A stretch of 60,380 bases of DNA, filler included, from Basidiobolus ranarum (GCA_040143965.1; 9 parts of 9 records of this genome joined end to end with filler, not necessarily neighbours in it); one strand, 5' to 3'; numbered from the whole stretch's first letter, positions 1-13,679 are shown. Made by a program: numbers and translations. Notes: generated from the letters alone by a model not told the origin.

Positions 1-96
1 GACATTCCTATTTAGAATATAGGGGCTATAGATGTGTTGCTTTCTGTTTCTGATATATGTATCATAACTAAAGTTAACTATGATGTTGAATAAAGA

Positions 97-560
97 TTAA
101 TTATCCAACACTCCAAAATACTTTAACACTATACTGCTCAGTGCACAATTGGCACTTTGTACTTGTACCATTGTGCCAGGATTTATCAGACTTTGGCTTA
201 ATATATTAGAGTAAGTGTACTCAAATTGATCATGCCAGAGGGTGCCTAATAGTCTCAAATTGTGCCATATAAATTGTTGCAATACTCTATCCAATATGAT
301 ATATAGAGCACATTCTTCCTCTATTACAGGAAACAAGTCCTTTGGTCTTTTTAACCTCGGGTGAAGCTTTGGTTTTGGATTGTTTTGCATTGTTGTTGTC
401 TCCTACCACAGTATCCCTAAGTTCTTTTTTTAGCAGCAGCATTTTCATTTTAGCTTTGCAAACTTGATAATTGGTTCCATCCAATTTTTCAGAGGAGGGA
501 AAAGTTCAAGACCTTTGAGAAGTAGAAGTTACAGAGAGTACAAGTTTGGGACTAATAACC
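97..560 (-). mobile_element. Ty1/copia retrotransposon 5' internal remnant (PBS plus degenerate gag)
   Basis: Minus strand reads LDGTNYQVCKAKMKMLLLKKELRDTV, the copia gag N-terminal motif LxGxNYxxWKxKM. It follows a PBS-like GGTTATTAGTCCC (548-560) and is frameshifted downstream. Confidence 0.85.
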
Positions 561-888
561 TGATAAAGTGCTTAGGGAGCCTGTTGGAAGTGGCTAGGAG
601 AACTAGAAATATTGGTGGTTTTCATTATTGATTTAGTGTGTGAAAGGTTGACATTTATAATTTTGTCAAGAAGTAAGCAGACTAGTGTGTACAGTGTGCT
701 AAGAAAGGTCCCAGGAGCATGTATGCCAAGTTTGGGGCTTCTAACGCAAGTTTGAAAAATCCATATTTTTGGGTACTTCTAAGTAAATACTTCATGAAAT
801 AATGGGTGATATATTAGTTCAATATGGGATAACTAAATACTAAGCTATATATGACTATATAGGTGTTTAGGTAACGCTAATTTCAAAA
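561..888 (-). repeat. Copia 5' LTR (family A, about 328 bp)
   Basis: Begins TTTTGAAATTAGC (consensus TGTTGAAATTAGC) and ends CA next to the PBS. Similar to 20196-20304, 28556-28790, 33883-33960 and 59091-59419. Confidence 0.8.
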
Positions 889-1657
889 TATATATCTTAT
901 ATTGCCAGATTTAATCACGGAATCATCAAATCAAACTCATCTGGCCTTGAATCAAGTATCAGCAAACAGCCCGTTTGCTGATTTAATTGTGTCAAAGGGC
1001 TTCTGTTCATGTGCTTTTTAGTCAGCTTCACGTGGTAAGTCATCAACTCCACGCGCCAATATGGCTCTTACAGTTGTAGGTAATAGTGCATCCTATGCAG
1101 TTGGTCATTTATAGTTTTTCGATTCCATCAACGATTAATATCATTCATTGCATTCAAAGAATTGGATAGAAATCGAAATGACTCGTGTATAGTATAGCCA
1201 CACGCAATCAAATAAATCGAAAGTTGTCTCTACATCTCTGGTATTTTATCCACTTCCCTTTCATGCAATCAGCTCACTCATAATACTCCAAGCATACTAG
1301 ATCATTCACACAGGCAGATAGTTTAACACAGACTATAAAAGTTAGTACGCAAACAGAAGCAATGCTTCGAAATTTTGAAGGATAAGGCAGATGGATGGTT
1401 GGAATTGCCAGCGCATCAGCTGTGCTATATATATTTGTAAATATTATATACAAAAAAGTATAAAGATAGAGGAATGAAATAAAATAAAAGCAAACGAAAT
1501 GTCAAAGAAGCTCAGGGAATAATGATATACTTGCGGGGTATAACAAATGGAAGTTGTTATCCTTGATCAAATGCACACTGAAGGTGCCCAAGTGTTATAA
1601 TTGCAAGTGGGAGGATTAGTGTCACTCTTTCCTCAATTAAGGTGAACTCTGCTCCAT

Positions 1658-3223
1658 TTATAGGCTCTCCAATAAAGCATTTTGTGCTTCTATAGAATAT
1701 GAAGATTCCTTTGCAATAGACGAGTTCTTCTTGTCGGTTGATAGTTTTGGACGACCACGTCGTTTGTGCTCAACATCAACACAAAAACTCTTCCCTAGAT
1801 GAACACACCGCTTGCAAGGCCGTGATTCATCACACGCTAAGTGAGCCTTTTTACAATGCACACAAGCACGGCCTACATTCTTCTTTTTTTGAGCTTTTGC
1901 AGCTCGCTTGGATGTCATCTCCTCGTGACGGCCACTCTTGGATAAATGAGCGACGTGGGAGCTATGGCCCATGGAATTAGAATGGCTAACCTCTGCTTGG
2001 GAATACCCATGGAGTGGATATGGTGCATAGGGATGATAATGATGTCCCATTGCATACCAGGCTTTCATATCACCATGTTGAAGGGAAACATAGGGGTGAA
2101 GTTCGGAGGGTGAGTGATTGGCACTAGAATCATATTCAGAGCTTTCCCCGAAATGTTGCAGGTAATAGTTCATATCGGCTGATCTAGCTTGCGAGTGATG
2201 GTTCATATAAGCCTTCATACTATGCTATCAGATGAACCGATTTTACTTTGATAGTTAGTGCCAATGGAAAAAATTGAAACGGAACTTTTAACAAACCTCC
2301 ATATTGATCGGGGTGCTTAGATAGCCGCTCTGTGAATTATTCAGATAGTTTTGCTTCGCATACATTTCGTAGGCTTCCTTTTGCGCTTCACGCTCTAAGA
2401 ATTCATATTGCAGATGGTGTCCAGGAGAGAACTGGGTTTCTCTTGGATACGGGTTGCCAAACTGATCTACAACTGATGCGGCTGGACTGTTGGTATAATA
2501 GTTCAAATGTGGCGGAAGTGTTACAAGAGGAGGGTGTGGTGAATTACTAGAACCATGTTCGTAAGGATATCTCTCACTCTCCCGTACATCAGAAGGTGGC
2601 AAGAAGGATTTTTGCAATGTTTTACTACTTTTTCTACCATCCTTGTAGGAAGAGTAGTCCATCGGAATTTCACTAGATGCTGGATTCTTAACACTTTCAA
2701 GATGTTCCATCAAGTCATTCTGTTGTGATTGAACCATATCTGCCGCTTCTGCGGTGTCAAAATCATTTTCAAATATAGCTAACTCGTTCTCTATTGACAA
2801 GATATCTCCCGAAATTTCATGTCTCTGGGTATATTGTAACTTTCTACTAATGTCTTTGTTAGCCTTCGCCACAACATCGGCCTTGTCTGAAACCGACAGT
2901 ACTGTCTCATCGAGTTGCGATCCGTTCCAAAGCTCTAGCGCCTCAGATTGATGTCGGTCCAGTAAACTTTGGATGTCATTTTCGTCAAAATCTTCTTGCA
3001 AAGAGAGGTCATGTTCATCAGCGAGAAACTGAAAGCTACTGTATGCGTCGAAGTTCTCGACTAGCTCCAGCGCTTCAGGGGAGTAGGTATAGGCTAGCTG
3101 CTCGTCTGTTTCTTTCGAGGTACTATTTGAAGGGTTTTGATTGGATCCTTCCAGCATAGCAGAGAGTAGGCAATGATCGTTAGTGAGGCAATCTGAATCG
3201 ATAATTGAATTGGTGATGGTCAT
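1658..3223 (-). CDS. Zn(II)2Cys6 transcription factor with C-terminal zinc cluster, Ert1/AcuK/Rds2-like; 2 exons
   Basis: Exons 3223-2297 and 2224-1658. The 72-nt GT..cactaac..TAG intron joins the two ORFs in frame. Contains CVHCKKAHLACDESRPCKRCVHLGKSFC followed by AT-hook-like KRRGRPK. Confidence 0.85.
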
Positions 3224-6200
3224 TTGGTGGATATGTAGAAATCAAAGTGCAGAGCTTTCTAGGATGCCTGTATAAATATTTGCGAACACAATGGATAGAT
3301 ACTTGGGAGGGGGAGATAGGTGGCTTAATACCAGCGTACTTTGGTAGTTGGAAGGAAGATTCAGAGAATCGAGGGGTTTCGCAGATAAAGATTTGAGATG
3401 TCAATAATCCAAAATCACCATCGACAGCAAAGTTATTTAAAAGCAGTCCTGGAGAGTTCTTCCAACCGGTTTAATCAACACAATCCCAACAAGCTGTAGC
3501 TCAAACAGAATAATTTTCCTGAACCTAACACCAGCATGAACCAATCAGCATGCCATCTCCTAGGATATTAAAAGTGGGTTCTTAGCATTGCTATTGTAAA
3601 TGCTGAGGTCGGTTTGGATCACAATGAAGGCCATTGTGGATCTCAATGGGCGTAAGTCAAATACGTATCTGCACGAGCAAGCAGCTACTACAGTAACCGC
3701 GCGTCTCTTTCGTATTCATTTGTACTCTAAGGAGGCAATTGGGATCGGTTAGATGCACCATATCAACTTCTTTAATGTAAGTCAGGCGTATCGACAAGCC
3801 AAATTTATTTTCTGTCAGAGGGAATTCACCCCGACAACGTTCTTCTACGTAAAACAGTGCAACCCACACAGAAAGACCGCCAAATCGTTGAAAACCCTGT
3901 TTGTATGGGCCACATTTATTTGTACGGAGATTTGATCTAATTACTCTGGGCTTTTCAGGAGGTGTCAGCCAATTTGAGATGAGTCGTTGGATCCGGACGA
4001 GGATGGTGATATTGGATCCTTAAGACTACAGGTGGATCATACTAGCCAGCATTATTCACTGTTCGACATTTATGTCAGCAGTGTGGGAAGCCTGACTCCA
4101 ACAGGATAGTGATCACTCCACATTACACTTTACTCTAACTCAAGTGGGTCATTAGGACCATTCGGATCCGTTTTCAGGAGAATATTCATTTAGAGGCACG
4201 TAGAACTTAGTGCGATCCTGAGTGTGTTTATTATCCCGAGAATTGAGCATTTCTGGAATGGATATTCCCTGATGCCCTTGTACTGGCCTTAGTTGAGTGA
4301 CATATGGTATGCATTCAGTATGTAGCCTCAATCTCTCCCTTGCTCATGAGACAATAACTCAGATGACAATTCTCTGGGTAGTTGATGATAATAAGGGGTA
4401 CACTCATGTAGCCATCCAAAAGACTAGCCACTTTTTTATATTTGGTTATTTGTACATTCTACTCTAGTTCCAAATCTAGTAAGGATACCTCTGACTATAT
4501 CTGTGATCGATCTGCGTTGCACCCAGAATCTAAAGATTCGTCCCACTCGGAATGTCTCCAGCAATGGAGTGTTGCCATACATATATGAGCAGATTCGACC
4601 CATTTGCATTTTCGATAATTTTCAATGACCGCCCAATTAAGTTGGATTCATTTGACTAGATATATAGTGAGGATTCTGCTTTGTAGATACACTGGTTTAT
4701 TTCCCGGTCATACTTGAGTAGCATCGCAAAGATATTGCTAGGGTTGAACTATGTGAGTCTATCGTAGATTTCACAATGCCACCCCGTTGCTATTGCTTGC
4801 AAACTCCAGCATGATGAGCCATTGAGCCCCAACCGATCCATTTGTAACTCCACTCATGTAACTGATCCAGAGCTAACGAAACTCTCACCACTGCTTGGCA
4901 TTTGTCATTAATCTTAGATTCAAACAAGTAAATGGTCGACGATGAACCCAACTTGCCTCAGGTTACCCACAGACTACAAAACAGCATCTCATTTGATTGG
5001 GGGACATTTTTTTCCTGTGTTGTAGCTCAATCGACTCCGCATGATAGGATTTTTGAGTGGAATATCTGTTACATGGAACTTGCTCATAGTAAATAAAACG
5101 GATCTATATAAGGAAAGGAGTCAATAGATATGTTCAGAGTTCGCTACATTGATCTTAGAGTTGTAGCGTTTGAAATGGAGTTCACTAGTTCGTTAGCATC
5201 TTCATGAAGATATCAAACATAATGGTCTGTATACCAGGGGGCGAGGTAACCTTTTTACGAGCAATCCAGACTCATTGTGGACATTCATTTACAACATTCC
5301 AAACCCCTTTATAATTTCCATATCCGACAAATATACAACGCCGCTAGTGTTGTTTCAAGTTCATATCGTTGTGATACATGGCCATTATTATGTCAACAAC
5401 ATTGCGGCTTCTATAGATTTCTAACCATGAACTTCTGATCCAATGTGATCGAGGAATCACGGAAGCACGGAAGCGATACAATATAGAGCCCACTCAACCC
5501 ACATACAACGTACACCTATTCAAATCTTATCTGATCTGGTAATGGAATGGCTTCATGTGTACCAATTAGGACTAGAATTCCATTCAAGTGTTTATTACCA
5601 CATATACATTAATTCAGGAGTAGATTACTCTTAAACCATATTGAGATGGTAAGCGAATGATCGAGATATAACTGAAGATGAGAACTTTCAATGGTTTTTA
5701 CGTACATGCATTGATATGTATAACGTTGTGTCATGATTTGGCCTGCAACCAATACCAATTGCTATCATGCATGCATTGATATGTTACACATGAAGATATG
5801 GCGATTTTTTGATTTATCAGCGAGTTGTAGTTAAGGCAATACTCAGTGCATCCACTGCATATACTTATTTTATGCTTTTATATACTTTCTATCTTTGGTC
5901 CAACTTCGAAACCAAGAAAATAAGCAGACATATGCAGAGGTGAACAACCCTGGCATGGCTATTGGAATAGCATCTACGTTGGCAAGTGGATTCCCTAGAG
6001 TCCCTTTCATGAGGTCTAACCAGATGAAATCTCAAAGTAATCAGCATTGTTCCTACTGGATATTGGTTAGTGTAGATTGATCTGGGCTAGTGCGCGGTTG
6101 TTACTTGGGTGACACCATTAAGGATTTGACTCCAGATATCCGGCTTTTGCTTTATTGGCATAGGGATGGAAATGGGATCTTGATATAATGTGCAAAGGTC

Positions 6201-6331
6201 TTAAAAATAATGTGATGAATGGGTACAATGAATAAAGATAGTTCAGTAATGGACAACGTAATACTGCAACAAAGTTAGTAAATATATATATGTGTCTGTG
6301 TCTGTGGTGATATGAACTCTCCTGTTAGTAG

Positions 6332-6638
6332 TTAAATATCTTTCTTTTCCTGGGATTCACTTGAAATATGGTTGGTGCTGCTATAAGTTACGGATGGAAC
6401 CTCCAGATTGTCTTTGTGTCGCTTAGTAAGAGGGTTTAAACTCATATTAAGGCTCGTGAGATCGATATGACTCCCAGACCTACTGACTGAGGTACTACCA
6501 TTTCTAGATTTTCCTTTCACCTTTCCATCACTCCCGTCGCGGAAAAAGAACACGTCGGCATACATTTAATTCTCCCCTACCCTCTACCAATTTAAAAGGC
6601 TATGCGTCAGAACTTACTGAGGAGAGATGATCCCGGTC
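6332..6638 (-). CDS. Possible 3' end of a gene cut by the contig edge
   Basis: Ser-rich ORF ending at TAA 6332 with a GTAAGT donor near 6618. No recognisable domain. Confidence 0.25.
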
Positions 6639-6738
6639 NNNNNNNNNNNNNNNNNNNNNNNNNNNNNNNNNNNNNNNNNNNNTTAATTAATTAANNNNNN
6701 NNNNNNNNNNNNNNNNNNNNNNNNNNNNNNNNNNNNNN
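6639..6738. other. Artificial contig linker
   Basis: N44-TTAATTAATTAA-N44 (six-frame stop linker). Confidence 0.99.
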
Positions 6739-7689
6739 CTGTATCCTCTACTTTAAGTGTTCTGAGTGCATTAATGCATGCTGATCACAAAAAATCTATA
6801 CCAGAATTGCTATTCTTGTCTCACACACTGCCACCAGTACTGAAATAAACATAGTTAACAATTTATAGTTTGCTATTAAATAGGACTATTGGACACACTA
6901 AGTTCATAACAAACATGCCTGTTGAGGATGAGTGAAAATTTAAGATGATTGGGAGCAGTTTTGAGAAAAAAGTGAGATTCGATAAAATTGATTTAGTTGA
7001 TATCTCTACCAATTAGGGCTATAAACACACACTTTTGAATGGCAGAATTGAGTGCTGAATAATCAGAATATGAATCAAACAACTATTAAATAATGAGTTG
7101 CTATATACCTAATTTCAACACTTTAAACAATTCTCTTGTGGAAGGGGAAGCATGCTGTTGTAGAAAAAAATACACTCACTACAGAAGGGTGCTATTTCTG
7201 GAATGCCCAATCAGTATTATTGGCTGATTCTGAGATGGTGTCACAGCTCAGTCATCAGGGATATTTACAAGATATATTTGGTAATGCATGGCAAGTTGGA
7301 ACCATTATAGGTTGTTTCTAAGCTATATATTATACCAAGCTTACCATGTGAATTGATCAACACCATTGAAAAGCATCCCAAATCTAAATCCAAACTGGGT
7401 TCCTAGCAAAAACTTGCCTGCTAGAAAGGAAAAAAAACAGTAAGAGCGGAAGACTCAATTGATGAGCAGTCCAGCAATCCCTTAGCCATATTTAAAGTCA
7501 TGGACAAGGCAACAACTAACTCAAGGCAATCATTACTTAATTTATCAGATGTATTTCCATCAAGCATATGTTCAAATGAAGAGATTACATTCCTCTAATA
7601 GCATAGAAATCTGTAGTTGAATAAAGTTCAATAAAGATACCTGCAGGATCACAAATTCCAAAATGCTTTCCTCACTCACTTTTGAACAC

Positions 7690-7910
7690 TCCTCTGAGGA
7701 TTGTTGTTGTAGGAAAACCATCACAATTTTTATCAATTTTGGATTTACTGTATACCTGCCATCATGAAATCATCAAGTTAGATTGAATTTTAATAAATTA
7801 TCTAATTTTTAGGAGTAAATTTCCAGATCTTGCAAAATAGTTGCACATGATTTGCTACAGTCTCAGAGAACATTGAAGCAAGGGTTATGTCAAAAACCTA
7901 ACTCATATTT
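7690..7910 (-). repeat. Unclassified interspersed repeat, copy 1, distal part
   Basis: Aligns with 11610-11835 and with the reverse complement of 30500-30725 (shared gatcttgcaaaatagttgcacatgatt). Interrupted at 7911 by a copia element. Confidence 0.8.
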
Positions 7911-10037
7911 TGTTGAAATCATGTAAATAGCACCTTATTATTTGATGGTTAATTTTTTCATATTCTGATTATTTAGCACTCAATTTTACTAGTCAAAAAC
8001 ATGTGTTTATTGGTTAATTTGCTAGAAATAGCAATCAGATTACTTTTATCAATATGCTCTATTTTCTCAAAACTCCTTAAATCACCTTAAATTTGACACT
8101 TGCTTAAAACTATATTTATTATGAGCAGAGCAAGTCCAATAGTTCTATTTCATAGTAAACTATACATAGGACATATTCAATTCAATTAAGCAAAAGTGTC
8201 CAATTCACAAATTCAAAACTTGTCTAAAACACCTCCAAAACCGCTAAACTCTTTTACAGGATATGAGTGCCTGGCTGACTATTAAAGGAAAGTCAGATAC
8301 ATCACAGAAAGCAGTTTTCAAACTCTGGAGAGATCAGATCTACTCAGAATTTTGCCCTGATTCATTCAGATCTATGGGTGCATATGTAAATATTCTCATA
8401 AGGTTACCAAATATGACTTACATGAGTATTTATCTCAAATCAAAATCTGAGACCTTATCTACATTGAGGCACTAGTAAGCAATGGTAGAGAAAGAATCAG
8501 CACAAAAAATAGTGTTACCAGAGAGTGACAATAGTGGAGAACATTCCTCTAAAGACTTTGCTAGTTTTGTTCTGATATTGGAATTAACCAACAAACTACT
8601 GGACTCTCTACTCCATAGCAAAATGGAATTTTGGAACATGCTAAAAGGACCATTGTGGAGATGGCAAGATGAATGTTATATATTCAAAAGTAAGATTACT
8701 AACATTGGGCTGAATCTCCTCCACTGCTGCCCATGTCAGAACATATGCCCAGCAAGATTGTTACTAAGATATATTCCTTTAGAAGCTCTTTATGAATCAA
8801 AGCCAGATTTATAGCATCTCAGGAACTTTGGTTGCCAAGCATATTGTTAAATTCCAGCACAAAGATGCTCTAAACTGGAACCCAACAGCACAAAATACAT
8901 CTTTCTTGGTTACTGTGATGGACCCAATGCGTAGAGACATTTTGATACCAAAAATCAAGAATTAGTTAAGTGTAGCAATGTGATTTTTGAGGAAAAAGCT
9001 TATTTTCAACTCAAATCACAGTTCCCAGACTGCAGGAGTTGATTTTAATCAAACTTTGGCTCCTCTAACTAAGTTCAGCTCCATTAGATCACTTCTGGTA
9101 CTCTCAGCCATCCATAACCTAGATTTACATCTAATAGATGTTAAAACAGCCTTTCCAAATGGAGGTTTAGAAGAAGAAATCTATCTGGAGTAATCAGGTG
9201 GATTTATTGAACCAAAACACCGTGTTGTGGTCTGTGAGCTGCAAAAGTTGCTATATGGACTCAAACAAGCAGCTAGGGCATGGTACAATGAGATAAGTAC
9301 CTATTAAGTATCACTCAAGTTCCAAAAATGAGCAGTATGTCATGGTCTTACATCAAAAAAGCAAAAACAGTATCACTAGCTTCACACTTTGTGTTATAAC
9401 TTGATACAGTCACAAATGATTTAGATGCACTTAACCATAGAGGAAGCAGCTTATCAAACCAATTTAGATGACTGTTACATGTGAATTAAGTTATTTCCTT
9501 GGAATCCAAATCAAAAGAGATAAACCCAATCAGAAAATCATGCTGAATCAGTCTAGATAAAACCTAAACATCATAAGATGCCTCCAGATAGAGAATAGCA
9601 TGTCTGATCAACACTATAGGATTACAATGTGAAATTAATCAAAATCTCTTTCAATTTGGCCCAAAATGACTGAAATCAAAGCTGGGAATTCCCCTATTTA
9701 TCCATAATGGGTAACATAGTATATACAGTGGTTGTAACATATTCAGACATTGCAGCAGGAGTGGGAACTGTCAGCCAGTAACTCAAAATCCAGGATCTGA
9801 GCTCAAAATTCTAGTAAAACAAATATTCTGACATTCACTGTTTTCTCTAAACTTCTACAAATCACCTCAAATATTTACCCATGCTTTGCAGGCATGTTAA
9901 TATGATCTTACCATGTCAAATTGTTCTATTTTGTGTAAGCTATATATAGTACATATTCAATTCAAGCAAACCTAAGTGTCTGCTTCACAAATTCCAATCT
10001 TGTCTAAAACATTTCTAAATCCCCAAACATTCTTAAT
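7911..10037 (+). mobile_element. Internally deleted, degenerate Ty1/copia element (LTR family B)
   Basis: 5' LTR 7911-8258 (TGTTGAAATC...TTTTACA) then PBS-like GGATATGAGTGCC. Integrase (SDNSGE, TP*QNG, IFLGYC) and RT (DVKTAF, LYGLKQA) remnants follow, then a partial 3' LTR at about 9840-10037. Confidence 0.88.
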
Positions 10038-10900
10038 GATTTTTATGAACTTACCACTTGAATGCCAATTTGTTACTTCAAAATCAATAGTTTTTTTGAT
10101 ATATTCTTCTAAATACTTTTATGGCATTTTTCATACCAACAGTTTAGCTCATATCCAACATAGGTTTGTATCAATATCCCCATCAAAGCCCCCCATTGTA
10201 TTAGCATTGCTGAATCAACAATCTTCCAGCTAACTGGTGAAAACCCTGAAAAATTGTGCCACTTTGTAATCAGTTCTTCCCAGATATCAGCATAATCAAC
10301 ACCAGCTGATTATCAAGTTCACTTGTATGTTCTTCTTCTGAAGCCACTTTCTGCATACTTGCTTTGTGTTTTTCCCTTCATAATTTTCAAAAGTACTCCC
10401 CAAACACTTTTTCTGTTTTATTCACCCTTGTAGTCTCAAATTACTGTGGGTGCTTAACAGTGTTAGTGAGGTTTTTTGTTTGCCTTTCAGTTTGGGACTA
10501 ATTTCAGTCTTTGGAAAAGTACCAGTTGAGTTTGTACAGCTATGAGTTGTATTTGCTGGTGTTGTGGCCTGTTTAGAGGAGCCTGGTGTTGGCTAAACTT
10601 CCAAATTTATTTCTAACTGATGTACTTGGTTGGATGCTAAAATTATGCCTTTTTGCCAAAATATCTGACTCTGGCAGTATATATATATGTAATGGTGAGA
10701 AGAATTTGATATGTGGGATAGTAGAGCCTAAACTCACTGGATCCTTTGCTTTTTCTCTTTTGTTTACTAGCTTCCTGCTCCTTGAGTTCTTCTTTCACTG
10801 CTTTTGTCCTTTTACCAGTCGATGATTCAGTAATTGCCAATTGTGTGCAAACCGTATATGACTTCAGGTTTTTCAGATCACCTATGAAAGCCAAATAACC
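10038..10900 (-). repeat. Unclassified interspersed repeat, copy 1, proximal part (decayed ORF)
   Basis: 10045-10380 aligns with 11840-12165 and 30277-30490. Minus frame reads KWHNFSGFSPVSWKIVDSAMLIQW. The limit beyond about 10380 is uncertain. Confidence 0.65.
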
Positions 10901-10971
10901 ATTTGGATATGAAGGAAGTTTAACTACTGAAGCTTATAAGTCATACAATTGACAAGAGTTTTCTACTTGTA

Positions 10972-13371
10972 CTAGGGCTGTGGCAAGCAACAGTTGCCAA
11001 TCAACTGTGGTAAAAGAGTAAGAAAACCAATAAACACCTGGTTGCTAAGATTGGATTGAACTCTCCACTCTTCAATAATCAAAGCTGCTTCCTTTACTGT
11101 AATTGTTATGAGTTGACTATTGTTTGATATTGGCTTCATGGATGTCTTTAGGAGTTGGGCTGGTGATGAGTAGGATACTTTGCAGGTTAGTAAATAAGTA
11201 CTAGGAGGTGGAGTTTGCTTGAATGTCATAATCTTCTTCTTCCAATCAATTACTGGGTTGTGCTGCATGAGCCATGAGATACCAAGGATGACTGGGTGGT
11301 GAGGTGAAGAAATGATATTAAAGACTATTTCTTCTTGAGGAGCAGTGGACATGAGTTTCATAAAGGTTGTCTTCTGTGTTGCAGCACCCTATGATAGCAT
11401 CCTTCAATCAGTTACTTCTACCAGGATTGGACTAAATTTTCAAATTGTTAGGATAGAGTGGGATTTGACAAAGGCAAAGTCAATAAAGCGGGAGGAAGCA
11501 TCTCAATCAAGAACTGCAGTTGTTTTTATTGGCTTAGAATTTGGTAGCAGGAGTGTAATGGGCAGCTTTAATGATTGGTATGACTGCAGAGATTGAGATG
11601 TATATCTCTAACAGAAATTTGAGGATTGTTATCATAGGAAAACCATCACAATTTTAATGCATTTAGGATTGACTGTTTACTTACCATAATAAAATTGTCA
11701 CGTTAGGTATGATTTTAATCAATTTTCAGTTTCAGGAGTGAAATTTAAAGATCTTGCAAAATAGTTGCACATGATTACCTACAATCATAGAGAACTAAGG
11801 ATCAACACATGTGCAAAAATGGTAACTCAAATTTTACACAATTACCACTTGAATGCTAATTTGTCACCTTTGAAATCCCTAGTCTGTTTGATATATTCTC
11901 CTTAATACTTTTATAGAGTTCTTCATACCCAAGATTTAGCTCATACCCAACACAAGTTTGTATAAATATCTCCATCAAAGCCCACCATTGTATTAACATT
12001 GCTGAATCAACATTCTTCCAGCCATCTGGCAGATACCCTGCAATATTGTGCCACTCTGTATTAAGTCATCTGAGATACCTGCATGGTCAACACCAGACTA
12101 AATGTCAAGTTGAATGTTCTTTTTCTGAAGCCACTTTCTGCATACTTGCAATGTGCTTTTCCCTTCAAGTCCATATTGTTGGTGGCTGAAGTTCTTTCTT
12201 TATCTGCATTTCCAAATGTGGCCTCCAGTTCAGCAAGAAAGGCCAGGAAGTTTGAAAGAAGTGGAGATCAACTTTCCATCAAAGGAGCAAGTGAAGATAG
12301 TGCTGTTCTTGATAGTAGTGTTCTCACTAAGCTTACTTTTGTTTGGTCAGAGGGGTAGCAATGGGAAAGTAACTGGATGACAAGCTTTACTTGCTTAATA
12401 AAACCACAATACTTTTGGCAAGTGCCATCAAACTTATTTGGTAAGGAGATTTTAGGTTCAGAAGTTGGATTTGACAGATAGTTGGGTGGTGCAGGATTCT
12501 GTACTTGAGCAATAAAAGTACAAAGTTCTTGATTTTCTTGCTGAAGCTGAGTAAGTGCTTGCATAATATCTTCCATTGTGGGGGCTGGTGTAGACATAAT
12601 ACTTACTATTTTTGGAGGGGAAAGCTTTTAAAGACCACAAGTTTCCCTAGGAATGATAATCCCAATGCAATGTCCAACTTTCTATTGAAGAAATGATTGG
12701 TGCCTTGACAAAAGAATACGCTGGTATCAATGTCCTTTGATCTTGATCAAGTACTAGAGCTTCTTTGATCAAAAACAGCTATAAACTCACTCAGTAGTGT
12801 CTTGACAATGATGCACTTGGAGCAATTATCCAAATGTGAAGGGTAACTTTGCCTCTGCAGGGAAGCTTGGGATAGATGTGTAACAAGATGGAAGCCAACC
12901 TTGGGAGGTTTCAAGGTTACAGAACATGGATGGAGAGAGTCCTACAGGCAAGTATGGGCAGTCTAATCAAACTGTTACAATAAGGAACTGGACAAGGACT
13001 AAAACAGAAACATGAGGCTAGGGAGCAGGAGGATAAATGGGTGGAGATCATAAGCCAAGACAAGACAAGTCTTGATAAGGTCTTGGTGTACATATACTAT
13101 TTAGGGGAAGATATGAGTGGTCAAAATTCCATGTAAGGTAACCTTGATGAGCCAGCATAAGATTGCCAAGAAAGAATGCTGCAGTAGTTAGTAAGTCATA
13201 ATCTAATAATCAAAATGATTCCATATGCAGAGAAAGAGCATGCCAAGATTGGAATCATGACACTTGCTCTTCAAGCACATGGAGATTGCTTTAAGCCACA
13301 CAGTGTTTTCAAGAGTCTACACACATTCTTCAGTTTTCTGGGTTGATAAATACATCTGGCTGGCTTATCAT
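10972..13371 (-). mobile_element. Degenerate Ty3/gypsy element (PEG10/Tf1-sushi-like gag plus aspartic protease) with upstream LTR/UTR
   Basis: gag 12597-12170 (PKISLPNKFDGT..FIKQVKL..ALS); protease about 11560-11230 (FIDFAFV..SPHHPVILGISWLMQHNPVIDW). Split by the unclassified repeat at 11610-12165. Confidence 0.85.
11610..12165 (-). repeat. Unclassified interspersed repeat, copy 2
   Basis: Uninterrupted copy. Minus frame reads EWHNIAGYLPDGWKNVDSAMLIQWWALMEIFIQTCVGYELNLGYEELYKSIKENIS. Confidence 0.8.
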
Positions 13372-13471
13372 NNNNNNNNNNNNNNNNNNNNNNNNNNNNN
13401 NNNNNNNNNNNNNNNTTAATTAATTAANNNNNNNNNNNNNNNNNNNNNNNNNNNNNNNNNNNNNNNNNNNN
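13372..13471. other. Artificial contig linker
   Basis: N44-TTAATTAATTAA-N44. Confidence 0.99.
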
Positions 13472-13679
13472 AGAGCTGCTATGGATCATCTCGACATTCC
13501 TGACTGTCCAGGCATTCGTTCTCAAATACTTGATAACATCAACATTGTTGACACAAGCATCATAGATCATCTCTCCAGCAGTTACCATTCGTTTTAATGG
13601 AATATACTCGTCTCCCTGAACCAAGAACGAAAAAATATAGCTCAACATGCGTAGAACTCATACTTACTCCGAAGTACAT
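13472..13679 (-). CDS. 5' part of an unidentified gene, truncated by the contig edge
   Basis: ATG TAC TTC GGA|GTAAGT (13667) ... TTCAG (13616)|GGA GAC GAG gives MYFGGDEYIPLKRMVTAGEMIYDAC, open to the contig end. Pyrimidine-rich leader upstream. Confidence 0.55.
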
